Below are positions 12,001-34,288 of a stretch of 59,036 nucleotides of DNA, in pieces (within the stretch, counting starts at the first letter, position 1; each line of letters opens with the position of its first letter). This stretch comes from Macrostomum lignano. Taxonomy: Eukaryota. The stretch covers positions 1 to 59,036 of the forward strand of contig NIVC01004125.1 of NCBI GenBank assembly GCA_002269645.1, in the 5' to 3' direction. The notes beneath the pieces were generated by a model. The model saw only the letters and a program-made list of their open reading frames with translations, made no database searches and was not told where the DNA came from. The position numbers and the translations under genes were made by a program.

Positions 12001-14390
12001 CTCATCATCCCAGCTCGTAGATAGCTCGTATATCTCCTATTTTGGACTTTTCGATTTACAAACACGAGCTGTGTTCGCCGAGGCTGTTTCATGTGTTTCT
12101 CAAGAAACGTTTAAAAATGTTTTCAAGCCTAAAAATAAGTATTTTCAAAGATGTTGAAAACTTTGAGTCGAAACAGAAAGTCTACTGTATCGCTTTGTGA
12201 CAATCGCAGGTATCTTCATGGGTGAGTCAGAACTGTGCAACCAACTGTCAAGTGGACACGAACTTTCAATTGGCAAAGTTGTTTATGCAGACTCTTGGCT
12301 TCCTTCATCTGGTAACATGGGTTCAGTGCGGGCCAAAATTTTCACCTGTCGATGGCTTAAACAGCGATGATTAAAATAGCGCATCATTGCGGTGGTTTAT
12401 AAATAGAGGTCTTGTTCGCGGTTCCTATGCTAATTTTGCCTTGAATAACATGACCATGCAAACTATTTTTGTGTAATAATTATTTGCGATTAAAACTGGC
12501 TCGCATGTTGCAATAAGCTTCAAGTTCCATCACTTTGCTGAAAATATTCTGTTGTTACTTGGGCAGCACAAAGTTTTACCTCTACAGCTGAGTGTACATA
12601 ACCAACCACTGATTGAGCTCATTCGAAAGCATCAGACGGCAAACTCAATAATGCTCTTGCTTTGTTGTTGTTCCGATGTCGTATTTTAGCCGTTTCGGCG
12701 CAAAATATACTGTAAACTGTACTGTACAGCCTGTACAGTTCTTTGTAGGCCTCTGGACTGCGCGCTATGAAAGCTGAAAGGTAATTTATCGAGCATCTAA
12801 TTCAGCAGTTGATTAGCAATAATGAAGCCCACCCAAGTTCTCTCTTTGGCTATTCCAGTTTGATTTCCTAAGCAGCTTAATTTGCTATGAACAGTAAGCG
12901 TTGATAAGAGGGCTGGAGCCGATGTGAACTGCGCATGGCCTAGAAACGAACGGTTTGCAGTCAATACGAATAAAGTACGCCCTTTTGGGTGTAGTGAAGC
13001 ACCGAATGTGCAATATTATCCTGGTCAAACTAGCCGCCATCGATGCAATTTACTCTGCACTGCACTCTTGCTCAGCTCTCGCGCAACTACGCACACCCAC
13101 TTTTAATTAGGACTGGATTCGAACTAAACAGCCAAGCCGGTTACTGCTGTGCATGTACGAGTATTTCTGACTCCCGCCTGATCGGTGATTTTCACGATCT
13201 AACAAAGCAGCCTCGGCAGGCTCAGGCAAGTCTATTTCTCTTCGGTATCCGGGCAACCACCTCCAGCAAGGAAAGTTGTCTGCTGCCTCTGAAGCCTAAA
13301 AAGAAAGGAGAGAAGGAAAATGTCACTGTGATTTAGCAGCCGATCAACTCCATTGCCTAGAACGACTGCTACTAGAATTCCGGGAGTATGCGCGAGCGAG
13401 AAGGAAAACAGACCCAGTAGTGGTTGGAAGAATTCCATTTTAGGGGGGGGGGACAATAAAATCGGCTGGATCGCGAGCAGCTTACCAAGCCAGAATGGGT
13501 ATTGGTTCCCGCCTAAACCGCGAAGGCCAGTGTCTGAGAGGGGGTGAGAGCAGACGTTGCGCCTTGTCCACCTCCACGCAGCTCGGACCGCCCCCAGCTC
13601 GAGTTTCGATACGCTGTGGACTGTGTGGAGAATCGCCACACACACCCAAGGTCTCAAGCTCCCTAGCGTCTCAAGCTCCCTGCCCCGGTACGTTTTCGCC
13701 CTTATCGGCCTTGGAAGAAACGGGCAGCGGCTTGGGGCAGTCTAGAGGGGAGATTGTCGCACCGGAGCAGGGGGAGAGAGGCAAGCGACAACCCCAGCGC
13801 CGAGTCATAGCAAAATACGAAAGCATTTATGCTTAAGGAACCTTAAGGAACCTCGCGCCCTCGTCCAAGCGTGCACGGCTATACACACAATCTGGCTCAT
13901 GCGATTTCGAAATAGCAGACCAATTTTGCCAGCTAGCAAAGCAAAACGCTTGAGTCAAAACTCGCTGCAGGTCCGCGCAGCAAGCTAACTATCCAATCCC
14001 GCACGTTGCTGCGGGCTGCGCCACCCACCTGCCTGACTTCAGAAAAGGGTGAACTTAGCAGGGGCCTGCCATTTAAGCTGAGAAAATAGATAGATAGTGG
14101 CAGATTAGTAAAGGGACGGCTTTAATTTTTTTAGAGTAGCCGACAGAGCCATTTACAAAGATAAGGCCGCTGTTCATGAATGTGAGGTGCCGCTGACAAC
14201 CAGATAACGTGCCTTCGAACGCAGATTTGCCAAAGGCACGGGTTTTCGCTTGGCAAAAGTCAGAGCGAGAAATTTTGGTGACTAACTAAAGGCGGGACTG
14301 AGACGAAACAATCACGTGCTCTGAGCGCTGAGTTAGACGCAGCAAGCGGGTGCGGGAATCGCAGCGGGACTCAAACGCCAGAGAGACGCG

Positions 14391-17300
14391 ATGGCGGCAG
14401 CGCAAGTCACGGCTGGCTTGGCGAACCCACTGGTGGACCTCCTGGAGCCGGCTTTCAATGGCGGCATCCTGAATCCGCTGCTGGCCTGGGCCGCCGGGGC
14501 GCTACCCGACCGCCTGTCGATGTCGGATACTCCGGCAGGCGTCTTGCATCGAGTTGTCTCCGCCGACGTCAATAGGACGGGTTCAGATAGTCTCGAGTCC
14601 GTGCTCAAAGTCTGGCTTAATGGCCGGCTGCACTCTCACCTGGCGTATTTTATTCTGTCTGGCCTTTTGCTACTAATCTGGCTGGTTGCCTGCTGCTTTC
14701 TTCTGGGCGTCACCCTGCGCAGAGAGCGGCACCGGCGGGCCCGTCTGAAACGAATTCTACTGAAAAAAGACGATCAAGTGGACGCGCCGGACGAGAAGAG
14801 CGTAGCAAGGCAGCTTCCGCGCTCTCAATACCGACGATTCGGCGCCATGGTAATTCGACGAGTGCGCAGATGGACGCGAAACCGGCACCAGAGGAAACAA
14901 ACCGCGGAAGTGGAGGGTGCGACCGGTAAAAACTGGACCAAAGAACAGTTGAACGTTCAGACTGAAAGTAATAACAACCACAATAGCAGCCGCAATGGTC
15001 CCAATAACGGCTATGACTTGACGGACAACACCGATCCGTGGTCCATGACAGAATCGGCGTCGACTCAGACGACCACAAAAACGTCGTCGCCGGGGAAAGC
15101 AGCCGCGACGGAGGTTGTCCGAGCTGCAAACCTTTCAGCTAAAACTATATCGGTCAGAGATCACCGACTGCTGGCTCAGACCAGCGCAGCGACTTTGGCC
15201 ACTTTGCTGTGCGTCGCCCTACTGGTTGCCTACTGCACCCAGGCTGGGGGGATCCTCGCCTTGGCTTCCAGGGAGAGGGACGCCAACTCGGCGCGGTCTA
15301 TTGTCTCCGCCACTGTCGGTCACCTGGACAGGTTCCTGACTCGAGCATTGGTTGAGTCCAATCGGACTATTATTGACACGTTTGAAACCGCCTATCCATC
15401 GGTGGAAAAGCTGTTTACAGATTTTGGAACTGAGCTGCTCGAGCTGCTTATGGCTGACTATGGCATCGACAAGTTGATTGGTAGGTTGACTTGAATTTTG
15501 CGATGAACCTTTCCCAATGCACTCCTAAAAACTAACCCTTTACAAGAAAGCGTAATTGAACAAAACACATACAGGAGAGCAAAAAAGAGCTATATTTTTC
15601 TGCTCATCCATTCCCACTGCCAGGTCACTTGGAGTACTTCCTCACCACTGTAAACAGCACTGTAAACACCATGCGCGATATTGCCAGCGCCAGGGAGACC
15701 GTGATCAAGCCGCTGCAGCAGTTCTCCGCCCAGCTGCAGGTCCATCGGGACTCTCTGCAAGATCCGTTAAGCGCTGTCTGCGACCGGTTCGGCAACCTCT
15801 TCCCCGCTGGACACTGTGCCTCCCTGGTGACTCGCCTGACCGAACTGCGACTGGGCATCAACGATACAAAACTGGAGACAGACTCCAGCGTTGCCATAGT
15901 GACGCTTCTCAACAAGATGGTCAAGCTGGACATTGACAATGTGCAGAAGCAGGTGCAGAAGGCAAAGGAGTCGCTATCTACGGGTCTACAAGCGATTTCA
16001 GGCGTGGTCCGCCAGCTGCTGAACGGCTGGTGGACACGGTGTCGTCTCAGTTCGAGCAAGCGGAGCTCTCAATCGCCGTAGTGAAGGCTGGCTTCGACCG
16101 AGCAGCCAGAGATCCGGACCTTTGGGACGCAGTGGAGACGGCAGGTCAAGCTGTACTCATCCTGGTGATTCTCTCCTGCATTGTGTTTCTGCTCACTTGC
16201 GCGAAATGCTGCATCCTGCTGTGGGCCCTGGCTCGCTACCTGCGCACTGCCTGCCGGCTTGACCGCATGCCCTCGGTAGTGGTGGTCGCCGTGCCTACCC
16301 AGGGCCCCGCTCCCGTCGAGCTATCCACGAACTCGTCGCCACTTCGCCGATCGTCTGCTTCGTCCACAACGTCGGGTTTCTCCAGTGGCGGCTTCTCGAG
16401 TCCTCGCTGGTCGCCGCGTTTCGTCGATCGCAGCGTCGGGTTTACAGTAGTTGAGCACGAAGACTCCTCTGGGCGATTTTCGCGTCGGCGCCAGAAACTT
16501 CGCCGCCTCCAGGATCGGGAGTGGAAGGGCTTCACGTACTGTTGCTCGTTCGACTGCTCGGTTGCTATGCTCGTCGGCGCGATAGTATTGCTGCTGCCGC
16601 TGATGTTCCTGGCGTTGTTCTACGCCACCGGCGAGCTTCAGGTCGACGTCTGTCGGTACCTCGCCAGTTCGTCTGGCAACCGCGTGTGGGATGCCCGATT
16701 GGACGAGTTCACCGAAACCCGGCTGTGGCCGCTGGTGAAAGACGCGCTCGACCAGCGGACGGGACTGCCAATCTCGCTGCCAGCTCGACCGCCTGGCAGC
16801 CTCATCGCGACGGTGCGGGGTAGCTGCGGTGACCCGAACTCCACACTGTTCAGTGTATTCGGTCTGACAGGTAAACTTAAGCTCTCAAGTAGTTCAATCT
16901 CCATGGGCTCTAACTGATGCAAATTTATACGGAATCGTTTGCCCTCTCAGGTCTACTCAACGCCACGGCGCTGCTTTCAAGCAACCTGACCCAATCCCAA
17001 TTCCTCACGGGGGCCAGCCTAATCAAGAACCAGATCAACGCTACTGACGCCAATGCCTTGATCCCACCGGAGCTCGATAGCCTGACCTCGGTGCTGCCGC
17101 AGTTGGCAGGACTGCTCGATGCCGAGGACTACACCGACTCAATCGCCGAACTCGGGAAGCCGCTGCTCGTTATGCCGCAAACCGACGTCTTCATAGTTGA
17201 AGTGGCGAACGTAGTCGCTGCCGCTCTGGCCAATGAGCCAGGCAACAGCGACGCCGTAATCCTGCGGCACTCCCTCGCGCAGCTGAATGCGTCTATGCAG

Positions 17301-17911
17301 CGCTCCGCCGGTATTAAAGACCGCCTCGCCGAGCTTCGTCAACGCTTCCAACTGTTGCAGGCTTCGCGCAACTTCACGGGCCTAACTGGCAGCCTTCTGA
17401 CCGCCCTTAGCGATGTTCAGGCCACGCTGGCTGACAAGCAGGGCATGCTGGACCGCGTGGACGCTCGGTTCGGACCCTGTCTGGCCAGGCACCAGCCTCT
17501 GTTCGCTGCCTTTCTCGACCCTCTGGCCTCTGGCCTGTTAGCCAACGTCGGCCACTGTGACGACCTACGACTGGCGGTGAGACGCTCTCAGCTGACTTGT
17601 GCTCGGAGGCGGCGCCCAGGGCGAACCTGGCCGCCTTTCTGCTACTGCTGACCTCGTGCTTCTTTGCCGCTCTGTTCGGCCTGAGCTGGGGGCTGCTGGT
17701 TCGAGTTGGAAGGCACCAGGCGGCGGTGCTACAATTCGAAATTGAGGCGGCCGTCCGTCATCCCATTGAAGCTCCCGCAGTCAACGCCAGCAACTGGATG
17801 ACGCGTAAAGTTTCGCCCGTGCCGGAGGCTCCGTCGCCGCCAGTGCCGCCACCCAGACGCCACCATCGGGAACGGAGACCGCACCTGCGGCTCGGAGAGT
17901 CGGAAGTGTAA
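14391..17911 (+). CDS. Prominin-like pentaspan membrane protein
   Basis: Exons 14391-15480, 15624-16870, 16951-17911 with compatible phases and two apparent 1-nt frameshifts (~16030, ~17597). Five hydrophobic helices (LAYFILSG..., TLATLLCV..., AVLILVILSC..., VAMLVGAIV..., NLAAFLLLL...). Two large helical loops follow TM2 and TM4, with Cys flanking the TMs and a 'GELQVDVC' motif after TM4. This is the prominin topology. Confidence 0.72.
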
Positions 17912-18763
17912 ATTCAGTGAAGTCGGCCAACTTTGCCAGTCTTTCTGCACCCACACACAAGTCAATAAATCATCTTCGCAACCATACCAGCGCAACTTTA
18001 ATTAAGTCTCCCGTTCAGCGCCCGCCCCTGCATTTCGAGTCCGTGCTGATTTCCATTTACTTTGCACTTTTAATCTTAGGTTTAGTTCTCGATAGCTCGA
18101 GTCAGTGTAAAAATGTGCCGCTAATCTGCTCTTGAAGTCACTATTTACGTATTTGTGTGCCAAAAACTGTTTTATTTTAATCATCTGTTTTCGTAATTAT
18201 GCTCGTATGCTTTCTTATACTCGTATTTTATAGTGGCCTTAAAATGGCGAGCCTTGATTGTGTTGCCAGCGTGATAAATGGAGCTTATATTTTCCTGATT
18301 TCAATAAAACAGCATTACTGGTTTGTTCATTCCAGTGTGCCAGACTGCGCTTTGAAAAAAAGCGCAGGGGCAGGAGAAGCAATCATTGCATTGAATCTTT
18401 CATACACTCGGCAACGTGTTAAGGTCTCCACCCCCAACCAGTGGTCAGCAGCTTGGCAGCTTTGATCCAACTCCAGCCATAACTCTCCGCCGCGCATGAA
18501 CCGCAGGCGTGGATGCGAATTGCGTCACTCGGGGGGCTGAGATCTGAGAAAAGGTTGAGCACTGGTCTCGGGGTTGGTGAGTGCACTTGGACGCTAACGG
18601 GCCCGTTCGTTCTGTACTTATTTCCCGTCTTACTTAAGTCCCGTTGTAAACGTGTAAGAGCATTGGCTCCTGAACTCTCCACCGCGCAGCGAATATTGAT
18701 TGTTATGGATTGGTTTGTCTTCGTTCAAAACTTATCAGCACTGGCCTGAGACGGTCACTCAAA

Positions 18764-19065
18764 GGGGGCGTAGTAGCCCAGTGGTCTGGCGCGGCGCTCT
18801 GATGTACCAGCGGCCCAGGCTCGATTCCTAGTGCAGTCAGATTAATTTGGGGCTGAATTGGAATCTCGGCTTGGCTCTGCTCGTGAAATTAACGGCCTTA
18901 AGAGAGCCAACCCCCCAAGGCACAGTGAAGTGTACATGCCTAACCATAAATAAAGTTAGGGCCGCTGTACACTCCTGTGTGAGTGTGTGCCTGTGCGTAT
19001 GACTGCGTACGCATCCTTGCGCTTGTGTGCCTGCTCAGGGGAGTCGGCGGAACGGGCAATAATGC
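18764..19065 (+). mobile_element. tRNA-derived SINE family B
   Basis: A-box TAGCCCAGTGG and B-box GCTCGATTCC; body nearly identical to 39971-40310 and 52591-52950. Confidence 0.85.
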
Positions 19066-19824
19066 ATGATTTGTTGTATATATTGCGAATTAGGACATTA
19101 GAGCAGCAGATGAGCCTGATTTAGCCTATTTGTCTTTAAGCATACTGAATGCTTACTTCATGCAAAGTTTTACAAAAAATCCTAAACAGACATCCTACTG
19201 AAAGTAGTGTCTTCAGTTAATAAAGTTTTTTCTAGTTCTTCTAGTTGAGACAGACTGCTCTGGTTTACGTGTGCAGGTGTTTGCACCTGTGCAAACTCTC
19301 GTTGTCTGTGCACCTGCTTTCGGGAGTTGGGTGTGGTGCCGTCCCCAACCAATGCCTTTTTGTCTCGGCTTGTGCCTCATTGTGCAAGCCGAGGAACAAC
19401 TTCGTGAAAGCCTCACGTTTGTCGTAAATTTTATAGATTTATTTTTTAAAACTTTTTATCAATTTGCGGATCTCGGTAAGTAAAGACTTGTGTTTATGCT
19501 TTACAGATTGGTTGTGAGCACAGTGCTGTTGCAGCTGTCGCTCTGCTCAATGATTGCTTTAAAAGTGAACTAGCAATCTTTGCCCCTCATTGGGTAGGAA
19601 ACAAAGAAAATAAAAAAATTGAATAAAAATATAGAGGTATCTTTTAATCTGGTACAGTCACTATGTTAGTTTCTTAAGAAAAATTGTTTAACGCAAAAAA
19701 GCATCTGGCCTCCCCAGCTATCAGACCTTCGAGCTTTGGCGTCAAAGATATCGCTAAATCCTAACTGTCCCTTTGATGCCTGGCCTACCAATAGCAACAA
19801 CTCACAATTGATCCTTGACACCAC

Positions 19825-20255
19825 AGCAATCCCCTGTGAGCATTGACATCTCAGCAATTCCTCCCATGAGCCTTGACATCTCAGCAATTCCTCCCATGAG
19901 CCTTGACATCTCAGCAATTCCTCCCATGAGCCTTGACATCTCAGCAATTCCTCTCATGAGCCTTGACATCTCAGCAATTCCTCCCATGAGCCTTGACATC
20001 TCAGCAATTCCTCCCATGAGCCTTGACATCTCAGCAATTCCTCCCATGATCCTTGACATCTCAGCAATTCCTCCCATGAGCCTTGACATCTCAGCAATTC
20101 CTCCCATGAGCCTTGACATCTCAGCAATTCCTCCCATGAGCCTTGACATCTCAGCAATTCCTCCCATGAGCCTTGATATCTCAGCAATTCTGCCCGTGAG
20201 TCTTGATATCTCAGCAATTCCTCCCGTAAGGCATGATATCTCTAGAATTCCCCCG
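19825..20255. repeat. 30-bp minisatellite (GACATCTCAGCAATTCCTCCCATGAGCCTT)n, ~14 copies
   Basis: Direct reading; units degenerate at both ends. Confidence 0.96.
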
Positions 20256-21834
20256 TGAGACACAGTATTTCAGCAAAAACTCGCATGTGCTTGCTCAAGC
20301 AACACCTTACGGCCGGTTGCATTGGCAGCTCGCGATAAATTTTGCTCAAAGTGTTTTGGTCCACTAAGCCCAACCAATCGATCAGGTGCATTCACTCAGC
20401 CTTCCGTTAATTAATCTAATAGCACTTGCGACAGTAAAACACTCAGTTAGTTTCTATTTTTAACCTCTGCAGGCTTGAAAGAGTGGAATGAGTTGCGCCA
20501 TGGGTTTCTGCTTTTCAATGGTAGGAAAGCTGCAGATGCCGCCTTCAGTTACCGGCGTCAGGCGGTGCCAGCCGCAGTTTTCGAGATAAGTATCTATTTT
20601 GAGCAGACTCGCCTGGGACAAAGATGCTACTTTCAGAGATCAATATTATGAGCTGGCTTGTCACCATGGCAACCAGTTAGGCGGGCGTTAGTAGTGTTTC
20701 CGATTGAGTGTTTATCCCTATGCCGCCCCGCCTGCAGATGATGAAGGGTTGCTAGGCGTATCGAAATGAGTCGCTGCTTGAGTGAGAGCAGTGAGAGCAG
20801 TCTGTCTAGTATCTAGGCATCCGATGCTTTGCGTGAACCAGGGAACACTTGGGACGTTGAGTATAATCTCAGAGAGCATTTCATATTTTCAAATTTGTAG
20901 CACTAAGCAGGCAATGTTTTACCATTTCACGCTGCCGGATTGCAAACGAAGCAAATGAACATTTAACGATTTTTATGCAACTTTCCTAGGCAAAGTCTAA
21001 ATTCGCGGAAAGGGCATACACCGGGCAGGGGTCGGCAAGCTATCTTTAGCTCAAGGCCAGATAGAGAATCCAGCGCATGATTGCGGGCCAGAGGAGGGGA
21101 GAGAGGAGAGGGTCCGAGAAAATAGAGAAGAGAGATAGGAGAAAGGAGAGGCGCGGGAAGAGAGGAAAGAAGGACCAGAAGAGGAGATAAAAACAAGAGA
21201 TAATTAGAGAGAAGACAGCTGAGAAGACACAACCCCTGAGAGGACCCGAGAGCAGGACAGAGCACACAACCCCTGATAGACAGGCTTCGCGGGCCGCATT
21301 TCGCCCGCAAAAAAACAGTTGCTGCATATGCAAGGGAGCCTGAATGGTTTGTTTTTTGGGGCTGACGTGACGCGAAAGACAGGGGTTGGCGGCGGTAGAG
21401 AGGGAGCAAATTCCTCACCGCTAAGCAGCAGATCAGGCAGGCAGGCAGGCAGGCAGACAGGCGCTCAACGGCTGGGCGGCATGGGACAGCCGGATCGCCT
21501 GTACAGCCCAAGGACGAGAAACAGATGCTCTCAACTACCCGCAGCTAAAAAACCTTTCCACCCTCTGCTCAGCTCAGCATCTCAGACTTTTGTCTTTTTA
21601 GCTAGTCTCCATGGCAACCATGAGCCGTCAGCCTCCATTCCGTTGCCTCCCCTGGCCTGCACTGCCCTGCTCCCAAGGATTGGAGGGCTTGGAGATGGGG
21701 ATGGGCGTAAAACAATTCCTTGCTACTTTTTTGAAAGGTACAAATAGATGGAGCATAGGGCAGGGCTGCTGACAATTCCCTCTAGAATTCGCATCCGCAT
21801 CTTGCAGAGCCAATTCTCAATTGAGCAATCCGTT

Positions 21835-31098
<9,264 letters not shown>

Positions 31099-31127
31099 GC
31101 AACCGAGGAGGAAGCGAACGGAGGAGC

Positions 31128-31129
<2 letters not shown>

Positions 31130-31168
<39 letters not shown>
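31130..31168. repeat. (GA)n microsatellite
   Basis: Direct reading, just 3' of the otoancorin-like stop codon. Confidence 0.9.
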
Positions 31169-31170
<2 letters not shown>

Positions 31171-32629
31171 CCCACCGCTATGCCTGACCAGTAAGACCGA
31201 ACTCAGCAAGGTTTATCGATACTGTTTGAGAGAATGAAGCTTTAACACTCGAGCTTATTTGAGCCAAGTAGCCAGCCACATAGTTGTGGGAGAAGTTGCG
31301 AATTGATGATGCGAAAGATGTCTGAATTTCTTGGAAATGCCTTTACTGTCTGAATTGTTTCTGTGTTTAAATGTACTTTTAAGTGGCCTTTTCTGTTCCC
31401 AAGAGAAATCCAAGAAAATTCTCACTATTTTACAGTTGCATAGCAAACACTCCTTTATTTTGTCAAAAAATTATTACAAAAAACTTTTTATCTCTCTAGA
31501 AATATCCCCGATTGTATTATTGTTTTCGCGATTAAAAATATTGAAAAAAATCTGTTTTTTAAAAGTTCCAGCAAAACAAATTTTATTGACAAAATTCAGT
31601 AAAATAGCACGCTTTTTAATTTCGTTCAAAACAATTTTTTATACTGTCAAAAAGTTTTTTTCCAAACAAAAAGTTTTTTGTTTTTCATATGGCTTTGTTT
31701 TTATCGCAATTTTGTGTTTTTTTTATGCTCTGAAAGCTATCTAGCTAATTATTGATATTGACTATTTTCTCCCCTTACCGAGCTTCGCATGGGATAGAAT
31801 TAGATGATTATATATCAACCCAAATTGATCCGCAATTGCTCAGCACAAGAGCACTGCAACCACATGCAGTAAGCTGCTCTGGTCAAGTGCTCTCATGGAG
31901 AGTAGCTGGATGCCCTTGGGTCCGAGATAAAGCAGCTGACACCATGCAGGTACAAAACCTGCACCTTGATTCCGGGTCCCCGGGCTCATTGCTAATTTAA
32001 AAATAATTTTAGGGTGTTTAGTAGTATTTCGGGTGTCTAAATATTGCTAACAATGTTTAAGAGCGTACATGTCCTACAACAAGGTGTGAATTTGAATTGG
32101 ATTTGATGTCCCGAACAAAAGCCAGTTAAGGTAGTGAGATTTTTAAAAGCCGGGGCAGTGTCGGGGCAAAACAAGTTTGTTTTACTTGTGGCCTGTATAT
32201 TTACGGAAATTTAGCATTGTGTCATTATTTATATGATTTGTACAAACTGACATTAGTTAATATTCCCAGGTCCAAATTTTGTCAAATCCAGCTTCCAGGG
32301 TCACTGTGAGCAGAATGACGCATAGGTTACCCGGGCTCCACTTTATGAGCTTCCCAGTTTTTGACAGGGGTCCCTTTGATTCCGGAAAGCACTAAGCGGA
32401 GCCTACAGTTTATATTGCATATCGAAATTCAAGACTTGATTGAGTAGCCGTGAATTCAGCGCTGAATAATAGATGAATTGTAGTCTTAAATTTTTGGGCC
32501 TCGTACTCGTAGTACAAGTCCTCCTACTGTCAGTAGTCTGTGACGGAGAGGCAGGTATGGAGAATCACTGGAATACTGGCAAGCTGCCCATACTCTCAAA
32601 GAGTTGTTGCAACCACAACTTGGCGAAGC

Positions 32630-34288
32630 CTACAACCGGACGAGAAGCTCCGCTCGAATCTCGGCCCTGCAGATAGGACAGGCTTCCAGGCTGCGGCTGC
32701 AGCGGCTGCAGCAGCAGAAGTGGCCGCAGTGTCGCAGCAGCACGTCAGCCTGCCGGTCGAGGCAAACTTTGCACGAGCGCCAGGCCGGATCGCCGTCCAG
32801 CAGCGCCGGCGGCTCGGTGGGCCAGGCGGACCGAAGCCGGAGCAGCTGCTCAGCCAGGAGCTCCTCTGCCTCCAAGCTTCGGGACAGCCGTTCGGAGCGG
32901 AGCTGCAGCGCAGAGGCGAGCAGCTGCTCAGGGCTGGCGAAATCGTCGCCGGAGAGCGTCAAGCGCAGTTCAATCAGGACTCGAATTTCAGACGATGCTG
33001 AAAGCGCAGCACCGAAAACTCGATGAGCGTCCCGAAAAATCGGCAAGTCGACTCGCGCGCGGACGTCGCGCGGCCCGTTTCTGAAACGCAGTGCCAATTC
33101 TGCACTCGGATCTTCGGTGGCTGCTTGATCCGGTTCGAGCTCGTCTGGCGATCGCGATGAGGATGTCCATGAGGCTGCAGCGGCGCTGGCGGCCGCCTGA
33201 ACGGTTGGCAGCATCGATGCTCGAGCAGCGATGACGAATGCGGCACCGCGGCTCAGAAGCAGGTGAGGACAGCGAGGCGACCAGGTGGCATGCAGCACCC
33301 AGGGATCCTCGTGGGCTGGGCAGTGCGAGAGGCGGAGGCCGCAGCTGAAGCAGGCCAGGCGACACTGCCTAATCAAGAAGAACCCAGCCTCTGCCAGGAC
33401 GTCCCTTGTCGCCAACGGGAGGCTCAAGCAATCTTGCTCGGCTGGAAAGGTGCGCAGGCGAACAGTCAGGCTGAGCAGATCGGGCCAGAGTGGCTTAATG
33501 TGGGTAGCGCAGGCCTCCAGAGTCTCTAAATTGTCCAGAGCTTTTGGCGCCGCTGCGGCTACTGCAACTCTAGCGGAGACTGCCAGTGGTCCGTTTGCCG
33601 TCAGGACAGCTGCGGCCTCTGATGGCCCGAAACCGGTTCGCCTCTGCAGGTCGTGAGTTCGAGTCTCTGCCTTGGAATCCAAGGTACCGCAGGTTCCTTC
33701 GCTACATTGCACCCCCGGTTGGCACCGAGGATCGTCGCTTATTGGTACATTGCCAACATCTAGGTGTAGGACAAACGGACAGGTGCAAAACTGTCTGGCG
33801 TGAGCTGCCATCGGCGATTCGCCAGGCAGCCGGGGTCCCAGCTGTCCGCGGCAAAAAGCGCAGCGGGCGCAACCGCCATCCAAGTGAAAGCCGGCAGCTG
33901 CGAGCTCCGCTGCCTCGGCGTCGGCTGTCCGGAAGGTCGCCAGCCGAGCCGCCTCCGATCGCAGCTCAGCTAGCAGAGGGTCTGCTGACTGTTCGTTGAA
34001 TCGCAGCTGCTGCGGCCTCCTGGGCATCTGGCCTGAGCCACCAGCGTAGTACCGAAGGCAGCGAGCAACCGCAGTCTGGCTGGCAGTGTCGGCTGCAGCT
34101 CGATGCCCCGGCGGCGTCGGCGGCCGCGGCGGAGTTCCAACTTGGATTCCGGCGAGCACCTTGACGGTGAAACTTTCTGCTTCGGCCAGAGCTGCGCGCG
34201 TCTCGCAGCCTTTGACTGCCAGGGCCTCGAGTTCAGCGGCCTGATTGACTGCTCGCCGCTTAAACTCGCTGCTGAGTCCATGCGGCAT
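32630..34288 (-). CDS. Inhibitor-of-apoptosis (IAP/BIRC) protein: 2 BIR + UBA-like + RING, intronless, ~552 aa
   Basis: First ATG at 34288. Two BIR Zn motifs C-x2-C-x16-H-x6-C (CAFC...H...C and CFSC...H...C), each preceded by RLxTF. UBA-like segment (LIELRLTLSGDDFASPEQLLASAL). C-terminal RING CKVCLDRQADVLLRHCGHFCCCSRCSRSLEACPICR. Confidence 0.93.
   Translation of the reverse strand: MPHGLSSEFKRRAVNQAAELEALAVKGCETRAALAEAESFTVKVLAGIQVGTPPRPPTPPGHRAAADTASQTAVARCLRYYAGGSGQMPRRPQQLRFNEQSADPLLAELRSEAARLATFRTADAEAAELAAAGFHLDGGCARCAFCRGQLGPRLPGESPMAAHARQFCTCPFVLHLDVGNVPISDDPRCQPGVQCSEGTCGTLDSKAETRTHDLQRRTGFGPSEAAAVLTANGPLAVSARVAVAAAAPKALDNLETLEACATHIKPLWPDLLSLTVRLRTFPAEQDCLSLPLATRDVLAEAGFFLIRQCRLACFSCGLRLSHCPAHEDPWVLHATWSPRCPHLLLSRGAAFVIAARASMLPTVQAAASAAAASWTSSSRSPDELEPDQAATEDPSAELALRFRNGPRDVRARVDLPIFRDAHRVFGAALSASSEIRVLIELRLTLSGDDFASPEQLLASALQLRSERLSRSLEAEELLAEQLLRLRSAWPTEPPALLDGDPAWRSCKVCLDRQADVLLRHCGHFCCCSRCSRSLEACPICRAEIRAELLVRL

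Noticed and set aside
19666-20263. Repetitive ORFs in the 30-bp array (and in the 11- and 20-bp arrays at 3074-4260)
   Set aside because: Open frames arise from stop-free repeat units; no splice or homology support.
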